64,000 nucleotides of DNA from Eledone cirrhosa (GCA_964016885.1 OZ024742.1:82708001-82772000); one strand, 5' to 3'; numbered from the stretch's first letter, positions 36,780-50,380 are shown. The notes: generated from the sequence alone by a model not told the origin. Numbers and translations: made by a program.

Positions 36780-37075
36780 CTAATTTTAAGATTGCGTCTC
36801 AGCTGCAGTTTTGCCTGAAGAAGATGCATTTATAAGGGGTTCGTATTTTGCGATAAAGTGTGATTCTTTGATAATACGCTGGATGTAGGAAGCTTTGTCT
36901 TTAAATTTGTAGAGGGGGACATTTCTGGAGTTCTGTTGTTCATTAGAGGCGCCTGTCGCAATGTGTTCACTGAGTGCTGTTTTTCTGTATTCCCGCATTT
37001 TAATTTGGGATCTATGAACGGTAATATGTTGACGGAGACTGCTTTTTGTCTGCCCTATGTAGACAGCGTGAACAA
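36780..37075 (-). pseudogene. GIY-YIG endonuclease fragment of a second PLE family
   Basis: Minus strand reads VYIGQTKSSLRQHITVHRSQIKMREYRKTALSEHIA...RIIKESHFIAKYEPLIN. Confidence 0.75.
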
Positions 37076-37079
37076 TTAT

Positions 37080-39610
37080 ATTTAAAAAATCAGATTTTAA
37101 ATGCTCGACTGGGACTCATAGACTAGACAATTTCGACGTAACTATTGGGTCAAGTGACTCTGCTCAGGTCACCCACCCCGTCGTATTCTACATCTTACAT
37201 AAACGTAAGGTAGTGTTCCGCCAAAATAAAGAGGTTTATATAGAGACGATGCGCTTTTTACAGTACATAGCTCCAACACACGTAGAATGGAAATCCTTAA
37301 AAATCACCTACATACATTCCTCAGAAACTATCGTCTTTCAATCACTATCGAACCGAAATATAATGTTGTTAATTTTCAAGATGTAACGTTAGATCCCAAT
37401 ACAGGTTTATACCACCCTTATCATAAACCTGGTGCAATCTTAATATATATTAATTACCTCTCTATCCCCTCCCCTCTTTTTCTTAAATCTGTTGTTAAAT
37501 CTATCTCACGTAGAATCTCAAAACAATCAGCTAATGAAAACATATTCAACAACACCGCCTGGTACTACAACGAAGCCCTCCCTAAAGCAGGTCATACTGA
37601 TAAAATATCTTACCCTCTACTCTACCTACCCACAAATCTAATCATAATAATGTAATCACACATAATACTTATACTAAGAATAGAATTATATATTACGGAA
37701 AATCACCATCATAATGCTAACGGCTTACTTCCTACTCCTAACAATAAATTTAGAATCAACAGTAATAGTAAACCCAACCAAATAAAACCTATAAATACTA
37801 AGAAAATATCGTCTACTAGCCTAAGTAATTTAGGGAATTGTCACGATTTACCTGTAAACAATTCTAATAACCACAATACCATCCGCCGGAGGAGGGCCCG
37901 TAATGTATCCTGGCTAAATCCACCCTTCTCGATTAATGTTGCTTCAAATATCCCCATAATGTTCCTCTCTATCCTGCGAAATAATTTCCCTCCCGATCAC
38001 ATATATTAAAGCTTTTCAATAACAATAATGTTAAGATCTCTTTCTCTGCCACCCCTAACTTGTCTGACTCTATTGCCTTTAGTAACCATAATAAATTGAA
38101 TAAACACAGGGAAAAATTATCTAATGATATAATTCAACATAATCATATACATATGAATATGTCTAACTTTAACTCTATTCCTCCTAAATTTTCTACATCC
38201 TCACCTATACCTCGTAATAATATACCTTCGCCTAAACCATCTACGTCTCTTAACACCAATTGTAATTGTAGAATACCTAGCAATTTCCCGCGTAAAGCAC
38301 AATGCCTTAGTAATAATGTAGTTTATAGGTGCACTATCAATACGTCTAAAGACAGTAAAACGTACATTGGAGCCACCCATATTCCTTCAAGACAGATTTT
38401 AATGCTCACACACATTCTTTTATGAATAGTAGCTTAAAATCTTCAACTTCTCTTACCAGACATATACATACTCTTAAACTATCGACGACTGAATACTCAC
38501 TTAATTGGGACATTCTAGCGAAATCACCCTCATACAAAGGCCTTAAGGACCACTGTGAACTTTGCTTATCAGAAGCGTACTTTATAACATTATCTAAGCC
38601 ATGCTCAATTAATGATCGAAATGAAATAGTTATTAATTGCCATCATCGACGCCTCATAATTTCTCCTAATTTAGTTATTCATCTCCCCTTCCCTTATTTT
38701 ACCTATTGTTATTTTATTTATAAATCCCTTTTTTCCTTTCACAAATGTTACACTTATACACTTTTCATACACCACCTTACTGGTTGTAGTTCCCTCCCTT
38801 ATCCATTCTAAGCCTAACTATTTCCAGATTTTACCTTGTCACATCATATACTATAGTACTGCTTCCAATCCCTAAACCTATTTTAATCTTTCTTCTTTTT
38901 TAATATATCCCCTTTAAAATAATATTTTAACTATATATTTCATATTCCCTTATGTAACTATTTTCTATTTTTTAATTTTCATTTATAATACAACCTCCTT
39001 TTACATTACACTCTATTACTTATATACACCTTCTACATTATACCCTTATTTAATTACCCATTAGGATCTCAATAGGTTAATTAAACTGTAACTATCTCCT
39101 GCTAATAGTTATTATTGATTTCTCTCTGATATTACAACTGCATATCTCCATATTATTAACTGGTTATAGTTTCAACTCATCTTCTCTAATATCATTAATC
39201 TTTATTTTAAAATGTATCCTTTTAACCTACTCAACATTTTAGTGTTCTCATTCCTTTTATAATTTTTAGAATCTTTGACTAAACAACTATACTTAATTAT
39301 CTCCCCTTTTAACTAATCATCTCCCCTTGAATATTATTTACTTTCTCAATTTTAAAAAAAACCCACAAAATGGCTGCTATAACTCTTTTTCACTTCCATC
39401 CTTTTAATATCAACATTCCACATTTAAAGTAGTTTCTCACTTCGGTGAAATGATATAATTTATGAATTAATATGTTAGATTTATTTTTAATGGACTAATA
39501 TCGATTTATATACGATGTCTCAACATCTCTGTCCAATCTTACTGTGCAATATTTGAAACAATTTGTGAGCCATTAAATATAGCTTGGTCGTTCTCTCCAC
39601 CATTTTAAAT
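37080..39610 (+). mobile_element. Degraded PLE related to the 685-3062 family
   Basis: FDVTIGSSDSAQV, GLYRDD, VVNFQDVTLD..G.YHPYHKP, CNCR..F..K.QCL.NNVVYRC...TYIGAT, CELCLSE; long AT-rich 3' region; right boundary approximate. Confidence 0.8.
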
Positions 39611-39632
39611 ATAATATATATATATATATGTA

Positions 39633-39698
39633 TAGGAAAAGCGTCAGGACCCCGACGGCGTTATGGTCCACCTAATATCTTACCACACCCTCTTTGTT
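39633..39698. mobile_element. Internally deleted member of the (TA)n hairpin family
   Basis: taggaa..gaccccgacggc joined to gttatggtccacct..cttaccaca..ttgttata, matching pieces of 32342- and 49368-; TA flanks. Confidence 0.55.
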
Positions 39699-40309
39699 AT
39701 ATATATACATATATATAGATATATATACATATATATAGATATATATACATATATATAGATATATATATATATACATATATCTATATATTGTTATATTTGG
39801 GAAGGGACATATTGTTAAAATATTGCCAGAAATAATAATAAACACAAACTGTTTGATTTGGATTGGTTTTGACTCATATCCCTATAGTTAATTTAGCTGG
39901 CAATGAATATTTATCATTGAGTGACTAACGGTTAAAAATATAGATATAAATATATATAATCTTTCATCACACACTTGTGACCTCATCAGTGCTGCTATTA
40001 TGTTCCCTCCCACTGTATTGCAATGTCTATTCCATTTTTATTTTTATTTTCATTTATTTATTTATTCTTGTCTCTGTTCGAGCATGCGTTTGTGTGCGTG
40101 TTTATTTTCTGAGTCTGTGTGTGTTTGTATTCTATCTTAGGTCACTAGTGTGTGTTTGTGTGTGGTAGATGTTGTTATTCTATTCATTATTTCTGTTCAA
40201 CTATATATATATATATATGGTGGCTGCCAACTCGTTTTCAAGTACGGCCACTACTTTATATCCATGTAGGAGAACCCCTACCGATGCGCTGAACGAGTGT
40301 GACATTTTA

Positions 40310-40610
40310 GTCCAGCCAGCGACTTGAAAACTTTGGTACAAACACTACACTTGTGACAATTATTGACACATAGTGCTGTGCCCATGGTACCATGTGACGA
40401 CAAGTACAGAGAGATCTCCAGATATAAAGCAATGCCTGTGCCCTGAAGCTTTTATAGTGAGCAAAGGCACTGCACAAAGCCAGTCCCACTCTCTTAACCA
40501 AGATGATATTTACCAAAAAGAAGAACAAGTCAACATCATTGGATACCATCAGGGTTGCAGGTGTTATATCAGAGTTTTCTTTCTCCTAGAATTCTGCCTT
40601 GACAAAGGCT
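40310..40610 (-). pseudogene. Possible highly degraded PLE-type RT fragment
   Basis: LMVSNDVDLFF..NI resembles motif A (VSFDVxSLFTNI); downstream HGTMGTAL resembles G.AMG; weak. Confidence 0.3.
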
Positions 40611-40626
40611 AATGGGTCATCTCTCC

Positions 40627-40661
<35 letters not shown>

Positions 40662-40670
<9 letters not shown>

Positions 40671-41220
40671 GTGTATTTTTCAATACACTGTATGCTTAAT
40701 TAAAAGCATTTCGAAGACCTTACGCTATTGTTTTAGAGTAGTGACAGTCTCACATACTTTAAATTTTCAGCAGACAGGGGAGATAAAGCTGACAGAGCTT
40801 TGTTTCGTACTGATTGGTACTTATCAAAGCCAATTCCTCCACCTGTTTGCTGAAAATCATGAATGTTTGATTCTTATAGTATTCTAGCAATAATCAGGAA
40901 CACAGTGGTTTCCGGTCAGGCAGAAATTGAAAATTAGAATCGGTGCTCTGAAATAGCGATATATATATGAATGTATATATAGTGTCTTTTGCAATACTCT
41001 GTATGCTTAATTAAAAGCATTTCGAAGACCTTACACTATTTTTTTTAGAGTAGTAACAGTCTCCCCTGTTTGTTGAAAATTTAAAGTAAGTGAGACTGTC
41101 ACTACTCTAAAACAATAGCATAAGGTCTTCGAAATGCTTTTAATTAAGCATACAGTGTATTGCAAAATACACTATATATACATTCATATATATATCGCTA
41201 TTTCAGAGCACCAATTCTAA

Positions 41221-41221
<1 letters not shown>
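40662..41221. repeat. Direct plus inverted repeat (fold-back) structure between (TA)n tracts
   Basis: ~130-bp arms 40933-41063 / 41092-41221; additional direct copy at 40662-40780. Confidence 0.85.
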
Positions 41222-41285
<64 letters not shown>

Positions 41286-41835
41286 AAGGGTTTTCGATAC
41301 CGCCGTTAGTGTCTTGGATATTTCCTATGGCTCTCTGCGCTTTGAGTTTAAATTCTGGTGATGTTGACTTTACATTTCATTCTTGCTGGTTTGACAATAA
41401 GGTGTCAGACTAGTGCTGCTGCAGCTATTTAACCTTCCATCAATTTCATCCTGAATATTCAACCTGAACAAGGGAGCCAGGGGTAAGATGATATATGCGT
41501 TTCACCCAAAACTATGGGCCCCTAAATCCCCTAGTGAAAGCATGATACATACTAACAGGTCATATTCGATTGCGAGTGATATCTAAAATGATATCCATCC
41601 ATACATACATACATACTTCTATTAAACAAGATGATAAATTTGGTTTCGATATATTTCCTAGTTTTGTTCGACATTAAATAATTGATGGATGATTTATTTG
41701 TGTTGGACGTAATTATATTCTGTTAAAAGTATTCTTTTTGTGAGTCTTGTTTGGTTCAGGTTTGTTGTATTACGTTGCTCGCATTCAGTTTCTGTGTGTG
41801 AATGTGCGGGTATCTTTATGCACATACAAATCCAT

Positions 41836-41854
41836 ACACACACACACGCACACA

Positions 41855-41940
<86 letters not shown>

Positions 41941-41962
41941 TGTGTGTGTGTGCGTGCGTGTG
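41836..41962. repeat. (CA)n/(TG)n microsatellite
   Basis: Dinucleotide tracts. Confidence 0.95.
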
Positions 41963-42301
41963 CACATGGATTTGTATGTGCAGTTTTTAAATTTATTTGT
42001 TTGGAGAATCTTTTCCCTTAATTCATTACAGTCGCAATAATAATTTAGAGACGCAATTTGTTGAAATATACAAATAACATTAAAAGTGCGATGTTTAAAT
42101 GAAATATTATTTAATATACAAAATATGTATATTCAGACAAATGTAAAATAGATATAGTCAACAAAAAGGCATTAGATTCTATTAAAGGCATAGGATTATC
42201 TTAATGCGATATAAATGTATTAATGCTACCATGAAGCGATTTGCTTGTATCTATGACAAACGTAACAGCAAGTGTTTTGAATTCATTATTAATGGAATTA
42301 A

Positions 42302-42492
42302 GGGCGGTGGATTGGCAGTATCAGTAGAGGGTCGGACGCCATGTTTTCCAGCATAGTTACGTCCCTTTACGATCTGAGTTCAAATCCCGCCGAGGTTGAC
42401 TTTGCCTTTCATCCTTACGGGGTCGATAAAATAAAGTACCAGTAATGCACTGGGTAATTGCTGGCCTTGTGCCTAAAGTAGAAACAATTATT
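42302..42492 (+). mobile_element. tRNA-derived SINE
   Basis: A-box-like tggcagtatcag, B-box gagttcaaatcc, central gcctttcatccttacggggtcgataaaataaagtaccag, short ATT tail; several copies in the window. Confidence 0.85.
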
Positions 42493-43536
42493 AATGGAAT
42501 TTGTATCAGTGGATTTCTAGTAATCCTCTACATAACATACATACTGCAAATTGCATACCGCAATAATAAAGATTAACAATTGTATAATGATCAACGTCCT
42601 AAATTCAATGTTTTCTGATAGTTTCTACTGGATCACGAATTGCATCGAATAGCTATTGGAATTAAGAACAATGAGATTTAATAAACTCCTCATAACACTA
42701 ACCTGTTTAATCTACAAATATCTTTATGTAAACAACATCCTATTGGATTTTTAAGTGATGAAAGCTCGGTATTGTACATAAAAGATTACAATATATTTGA
42801 AATGCAAAACAAATAACTACAGTATGCCACGGAATACTCAGTTGAAAAAAAAATCGTATACCTGTAGAGTCAGACTAACACTCGAATAGACATTCATGCA
42901 CTATGAATTACTCACAACATTCCATTGGCGCATTGATTTAACCACCCGACTTACCTAGATACGTGATATATTATTCCATGACGTTGTACGATTTGTCTCT
43001 CTATGAAGGTTAGTTAGTTATAATCTGTTTAAATTTCTCCTATGGAAGCAAGCCCATAATTAAGGATTATGGATGAGAGCTATAGCTGGCAACATTCATC
43101 AAGTGGAATAACTAGGAATACTGAAATTCTTTGCCCTTAATACCCAGCAATCATGAACTACATTAATACTTGGAATCCCTTTCTTCTCCGTGCCTTTACG
43201 TGTTTATACTGTACAGCATATATATATCTTTAATATCACTATACGACCATCAGTTTCCTGGTATATAAATGACGTTGAATAATCATATGCTGTCATAATC
43301 TTATTTTTTTCCGGTTTTCATTATTTTGGTCTTTGCTTCTCTTTTTCTATTTTTTTTATTATTTATTATAATTTTTTTAATCTTATTATTTTTTTCTGAG
43401 TATTTCATTTCTATGTATTTTTAAAGTTATATTTCATTGTTGGTTTTCTTTATTTGCTCCTTATTACTTTAGTCAAAATTTTTGATCATTTATAAAATCA
43501 GTCTTAATTCTCTTGTATGCATATCCTCCTGCATTT

Positions 43537-43912
43537 GGGTTGGCAGTATCGGTAGAGGGGCGGACGCCATGCCACCAAGCATAGAGTTACGCCCCTTTAT
43601 AGTCTGAGTTCAAATCCCACCGAGGTTAACTTAGCCTTTCATCCTTACGGGGTGGATAAAATAAAGTACCAGTAACGTACTGTGATAATTGCTGGCCTTG
43701 TGCCAATAATAGAAACAATTATTATATATTAGCTGTGGATTGGCAGAGAGTCGGACGCCATGCTTTGCAGCACGAGTTATGGCCCTTTATGGTCTGAGTT
43801 CAAATCCCGCCGAGGTTAACTTTGCCTTTCATCCTTACGGGGTCGACAAAATTAATCACCAGTGATGTACTGGAGTAATTGCTGGCTTTGTGCCAAAAGT
43901 AGAACCAATTAT
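43537..43912 (+). mobile_element. Two tandem copies of the same SINE (43537-43724, 43732-43912)
   Basis: Each has tggcag..cggacgccatg..gagttcaaatccc..gcctttcatccttacgggg..gctggc(c/t)ttgtgcc. Confidence 0.85.
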
Positions 43913-45169
43913 ATATTAACTATGCTGGGGCTCCTATTCTCATAATAATACTTCTAACACAACTACTACTGCTGATGCTACAACCTTTAATACCAATAGG
44001 CACTCCCTTCTATTTACTCGTTTTTGTTAATGTTGCTGATATCATCTTCCGCTACCACCGCATGGCATCTTAATTTACAACTGACCTCATACCACATTCT
44101 ATAGACGATCTCAGACCTTGACGCCAATGGGGCTTCCAAGGAGTCGAGGAATGTGAAAGGTTGGAACTATCTTGCAGCAATGACAGGGGTTGATTACACA
44201 CATTGTGATGCAGCTGTGCGTGTATTTGAACTAAATCAGTGCCAGTGAGTCTTTGAGAAACCAAAATCAATAAACCGCCCAAGGCGTATCACAGAATATA
44301 AACTGCATAAATAATGTTTATTATGCATAATTTTTATTTGTATTCTTGTACTGATTTGTTTATGGAATAACTGCCTGACGAGATCTCGTAACCGTAATTT
44401 TAATAGAAAATGAGAAAAAGAAACTATTAGCTTATATTCTATATATACAGGTTCACATGCACCTCAAATCCGCCATTATCAATATCGTAAACGGTAAACG
44501 AAAATTCATCATCCTCAATCTCTTCACCATCAACATAAATTTTCTTTTATTGTTATGTTAACTTAACTTTCAGCAATATACTTAGACAAAATCTATTACC
44601 AGTTGCAATGATTTTATATATTTACAATCTATTACAAGACTACGACAAGTAATCACATTGTCTCTCTGTTCATAAGAAAATATATTTACACCATCCTACA
44701 ACACTAATGTAATGTGTGGTGACGGTAAGTAGACTGAGACTTACAATGAATAATTGACGATTCATGAATAATTGTCAGATTATCGTTGAGGAGGCTGACG
44801 TTGATAATGACGAGTTTTAGTGGGAAAGCCTGGCTACATTTATGCACCCACACATATCTATGTCTTTATTATCTTACTCTATATATATATCTTTCACACT
44901 CTCTCCCTCCCCTCTCCCTCTCTCCTTTTTTTACTCACACAGACACTCTAGCTCTCACTTTCTTTGTGCGTGTATATCTCTCTCTACATAAAATACTTTG
45001 TCTCTCTGTCTGTCTTTTACTCATGCATTCTCAGATGGCTCGAACAAATCAAATCAAATTTTATTAAACCCCGGGATTAACAATATGTAATTTTTATTTT
45101 CATTTGGATTAAAACAATATAACATTTTTTTAAAAAACACCTCTGAATGGAAAAAAAAGTATGAGTATT

Positions 45170-45240
45170 GACGCACATAGGATACGATCCCGCATCTTTG
45201 GTTTGCTGGATCAGTGGGTTACCATCACACTAACTCGCTA
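45170..45240 (-). other. tRNA-like (pol III A/B box) fragment, probably a SINE head or pseudo-tRNA
   Basis: Minus strand: agcgagttagtgtgatggtaa...gcgggatcgtatcc; acceptor stem not convincing. Confidence 0.4.
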
Positions 45241-45249
45241 CTGACGGTT

Positions 45250-46611
45250 CTTTAAATAGGTTAGACGTAGCTCCTATATATGAATAAGTGAAGTCGTTAG
45301 TGCTAATTTTAGTCTATAAATGTAAAATTAGCACTAATGACTCCACTTATTCATATATAGGAGCTACGTCTAACCAATTTAAAGTAAGATTTAATACCCA
45401 CAAACATAGTTTTAAAAGTGCCGCATTAGCTAATACAACATCCTTGGCTGAAATAATTCATAATTATAGAAAGAAGAATATTGATTACAACCAGACCTGG
45501 AGCGTGCTCAAAAGGGCCACCCCTTATCAAAATAGCAGATACGAGTGTGCTCCCAGGAACTTTTTGAAATCAAGAAATCTAAGGATATCCTATTAAATAA
45601 GCGACAGGAATTAATTGTATCTTGCAATCATAGAATTAGAAGAACCTTGAAATATTATAAACCTATTTAATATACACCTTACTCTTATATTTTACAAATT
45701 ATTATCATTGTTTTTTTTTATTTAGTTAACCTATAATTAGTATTTTACTACAGCTCTCTTTTCCTAAAATTAATACCTAAAAGTATACCTATAAATTAAT
45801 TTAATTTCCTGTTATGTATCTAGATTCCTTGTTGTTTAAATAAGATTGGTATTTCTCACTACTACCCTTATCCCAAAATTTTACTTTCCTTCGTTTTTAA
45901 CAACACTCTTTAATAACATCTAATTCTTATTTATCACATTCATATGAATTTATATAACTTTTTCCCTATAAGTATACCTATCAATTAATTTAATTTCGTG
46001 TTATTTTAGGGTAAGGGTATTAGTGAGATCACTAATTTTATTTTCATTCGTTTTTAACATTATTCTTTAATAACATCAAATGTTCGTGTACCTTTGACTA
46101 TCTCCTTGGCTTGAACTCTTTTCATCCCCAAAGTATTGTTTTCATTCAAAACATAAGTCTGCGCTTCTCTACCTCTAAATTAAATTTCTACTACTACTAT
46201 TCTAACAACTTGACCTCTAATTATTTTTCCATTGGTCAATTCAAAACCTGTTCCCAAACAGACCTTTTATATCAAATATTGTTTGTTTTTTTCAATAAAC
46301 ACATCTCTTCATTTCTGAGGACGGCTTGTATATGTGAGGGTATATATATTTCCTGTGATAATTTGTAATATTTTTACATAGATCTATATGATATACATAC
46401 CAACACACATATACATCCCAGAAAAGATCGTAAAATTATGAATGTTTTAATATAAGGAACTTGTTCTTTGTTTTTATTAATTCATCTCGACTCTGTTTTC
46501 CTTTGATTTTTATCGAAAATGTTTGAATGCATCTTCTCTTTTCATGATATTTGGATTACATTGAGTTCTTCATACGGATTGGACACGACCGTATATTTTG
46601 GTAGATTTATC

Positions 46612-46613
<2 letters not shown>
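45250..46613 (+). mobile_element. PLE copy 3 (GIY-YIG + 3' region) with 62-bp inverted 5' end
   Basis: VYKCKIST.DSTYSYIGATSNQFKVRF; colinear with 1895-3062; arms 45250-45311 / 45323-45384; ends in (TA)n. Confidence 0.92.
46306..46441 (+). ncRNA. Long-stem-II hammerhead, degenerate copy 3
   Basis: CTGAGGA 46315-46321 ... GAAA aGATCG TA 46421-46432; stem I and stem III damaged. Confidence 0.55.
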
Positions 46614-46674
<61 letters not shown>

Positions 46675-46675
<1 letters not shown>

Positions 46676-47045
46676 CAAGGGAAAGCAAATAAAGAAAAGA
46701 TTTTAAAATAAATTTCAAAAAATTCACTGTACTTACTATATGCGCCGTTACCGCGGTTTTAGATCCGAAAACAAATAGATAATCCAAGCGGATTTCCATT
46801 GAGAACGAGATCCTCGTCAGAAGGCTTTTCTCTCTCGGGAAATATAAGATTCCCGAGTTGAAAATACAAACTGGCGCCATACAAAACTGCCCCAACAAAT
46901 TAATGATGAAACAATTTTGTCTAGTACCGTGTGAAAAGACTGAAAGCAAGGTGGAGAGGTCAACCGCGGTAAAGGCACATATTGTAAGTACAGTGAATTT
47001 TTTGAAATTCATTTGAAATATTTTTCTTTATTTGGTTTCCCTTGA
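46675..47045. mobile_element. MITE-like element with ~84-bp imperfect terminal inverted repeats
   Basis: tcaagggaaa..aaattcactgtacttac..taccgcggtt at 46675-46758 mirrored at 46962-47045. Confidence 0.7.
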
Positions 47046-47169
47046 CTTTATATTTTCTGCCTTGTTAATTTATTAACTTGCTATTGAACCACACTTGCAT
47101 ACGGTCGGACTATACTTGTATCCCTGTGTGTATTATTTACATGTATGAACACATGCTTTTATATATATG

Positions 47170-47305
47170 TCCAGAAATAGCCGTCGAAACGGCTTGAGCT
47201 CTAACGTCGGGGTCATACATTTTCCTATTACGCACTCTACTACCGTAAGTATTGAGTACTCTGGTGCGGTATGTACTCTGGTTCTTTACCACAACTCCTT
47301 CGTTA
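47170..47305. mobile_element. (TA)n hairpin family member lacking one hairpin arm
   Basis: ccagaaatagccgtcgaaacggcttgag..gtcggggtcatac..cctattac.cactctactacc..ttaccaca.ctccttcgtta. Confidence 0.65.
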
Positions 47306-47330
47306 TATATATATATATATACATATATAA

Positions 47331-47433
<103 letters not shown>

Positions 47434-47544
47434 CAGAGAGAGAGAGAGAGAGAAATAAAGAGAGATAGATGGATAGATAGATAGATATACACACAAACAT
47501 AGTCTCTCACACATACACACACACAGACACACACACACACACAC

Positions 47545-47641
<97 letters not shown>

Positions 47642-48432
47642 TGTATATACACGCAACTAACATCACTAACACCCCCCAACCCCACGCACACGTACCCACA
47701 CACCCTCGTACACCACCAACTCTACAAACAATACCACCACTAACCCCCACTCACACCTGTTTTCCACCCCTCCCCACCTCCCGTATACTAACACCCACTA
47801 ACACCTCTTCACCAAACTACACACACACCAGTACACCACACTCCCTCCATAGAACCACACACACACACACCCTCCTCACTCCAACTCTCACACCTACCCA
47901 TCCTCGCCTCCCTACCATTCCACCGACTGCTGCTATGCCCTTCCGACCACCTCTCAGCACCAACTGACCACAGCACTCCCACTGCTGACCACTTCCTGTT
48001 GCGCGCGCACCCCACATCTCTCCTCTTCCGACCACCGCTTCTTGGATTACCCACACGCGAAATTGACTTCTAACCAAATCTCCAAACATCCGTGGAAATT
48101 ACCAACTTTTCAACCATCCTCTTACGCCAGTGAATGCGTTCACTACCAGAAAGGGACACAGCAGTCAACCTGTTGTTGCTACCAAGATGAAAACTGCTAT
48201 GAAATCCCACAATGAATTTTATACTTGAATTTTCAAGTCTCAAATTTTAACTCTTCGTATTATTAATTTTTCTTAATATTAATCAACATTTGAAAAGATG
48301 GCTTTTGCAGACCCCTCGAAACCGGTCATTTTTAATACCCTTTATTATTTCCTTACCTTATAAAATTATGTTTTTTCACAAAAAAGTATTCTGTCTCTTA
48401 TATATTCCATGTGCCATTACCAACCTCAATTT

Positions 48433-48463
<31 letters not shown>

Positions 48464-48960
48464 GTAGATATATTAATTAGTGTATGTGTTAGTTTATCAG
48501 CGATACTTCATTATTGAGGGTAGAGCACTCGCCAGGTGGGTCTCTTCATTCTGGAATATAATTATAAACATCAAGTAGAAGCCAACAGGTTATAGCTCAC
48601 TTCATTTATCCCTAATCGCTGTTATATAAACATGGAAAACATAAAGAAGGAATAAGGTTTACCGGTGTTTTGAGAGAGCAACACCAAACCTCAGCCCAAG
48701 GCATATCAATGAATCAAATGTTTTTTCTGTTCAACTTGTAGCTGCCTGATGAAGTCATATCTGTTGCATAATTGCTATCGCCGAAATACATGTAACATGT
48801 ATTTCGGAAACTGATATTCAAATCTGGCTGATCACTGGATCTGATAATATGCAGATCTAACTGATCAACCAGTCTGCTAACATGCAAATCAAGTCGATCA
48901 GTCGCTGTGTATTTTTGAAAATAGCATATATTTTCACTAACTCTGACAATTTGGCAGGTG

Positions 48961-49020
48961 GACAGTGAGCTGTACTGATGAAGGGTGATACCCAGAAAGA
49001 TTAGTGTCTGCAGTTCTGTT
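48961..49020 (+). ncRNA. Candidate type I hammerhead ribozyme
   Basis: gagctgta CTGATGA a-gggt gat accc-a GAAA gattagtg TC tgcagttc; 8-bp stem I with wobbles; GUC triplet; stem III has a G.G mismatch. Confidence 0.6.
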
Positions 49021-49066
49021 AACATGCAAAAACAAGAGCAAATTCGAAAAACTCAGATTACATTGT

Positions 49067-49151
<85 letters not shown>

Positions 49152-49211
49152 GACTTGGCCAATACGGGAATTGAATAATGAAGACTGTAGCGGTATGTCA
49201 TATATCAAATC

Positions 49212-49284
49212 ATATATTTTGTCTGATGAGGACGCACTGAAAAAAACAGCAAAGTACCTTTGAAATATATATAATAAAGTATAT
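49212..49284 (+). ncRNA. Candidate type I hammerhead ribozyme
   Basis: atatattttgt CTGATGA [32 nt, imperfect hairpin] GAAA tatata TA ataaagtatat; 11-bp stem I and palindromic stem III. Confidence 0.5.
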
Positions 49285-49323
49285 ATTTTGCTTATGCGAA
49301 TATTTTTCATTTGTTACATTTTG

Positions 49324-49615
<292 letters not shown>

Positions 49616-50380
49616 TATATATATATTGGTATATATATATATATATATGTGTCAGTGCATATTCCTCTATTATTGCTGTCTTGTTTCACACACTATTGTT
49701 TAACACAACCACCAAACGTACAAACGTATCCTATAATTAACGACGATTGAATAAAAATACACAAAATACATATTTTGGTATCGTTTTGTTTACACAAGAA
49801 AGATCAATAGCCCTTCATTTAAGAGTTAGTTTCTCTTCTGCTTTATGTTTCTTCTTTCATCTTGTTTTGCATTTTCCTTTCCATTATTTGTTTATTTTTT
49901 GGCTTTCTTCTTTCAATCATTCATTTAGATCGTGTGACGCCAAATTCTCTGAACTTCATCAAGGAAACTATATTTCTACAGTATGTTATTTAACATTTTG
50001 AATGGAACTTGGGCGAAATTTCACTTACTTTTAATCTGAAATAAATAAAATATAAATAAACAAAACCATCACAAACCCTTAATGAAGATTTACCGTGTAA
50101 GTTGTTTCGTATTGAAGAAAATTTGATTGATTCTAATTAATTAACTTTACACCACTGTTATTGACATATTTTCATTTTCTTTGTCATTTTCTTTAACACA
50201 ACATTCGTGTTTTTTTAATGGGTGAGGGTATAATAATCTAAGTACTTCTGTTTTAAATTAGATACATTGATTGATCTTCATTGTCAAAAATCATCATCAC
50301 CGTCATCTTCGTTTTAAGCATCATCATCATGGACAAAATCAAGATAATTAGAAGAATGACGAACATTATGAAAAAGAACA

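Noticed and set aside
44372-44440. CTGACGA...GAAA as a hammerhead (also minus-strand CTGACGA near 46814-46820, CTGATGA at ~48746 and CTGAGGA at ~51782)
   Set aside because: No compatible stems I-III could be built.
45170-45240. Functional tRNA gene
   Set aside because: A/B-box-like motifs only; the cloverleaf stems are incomplete.
47655-48060. Pro/Thr/His-rich ORFs as a mucin-like host exon
   Set aside because: C/A-biased low-complexity DNA next to microsatellites; no domain or splice support.
48714-49025. 103-aa minus-strand ORF with DxLDLH repeats as a host gene
   Set aside because: The repeats come from degenerate ~30-bp DNA repeats and the opposite strand carries an HHR motif; no recognisable domain.
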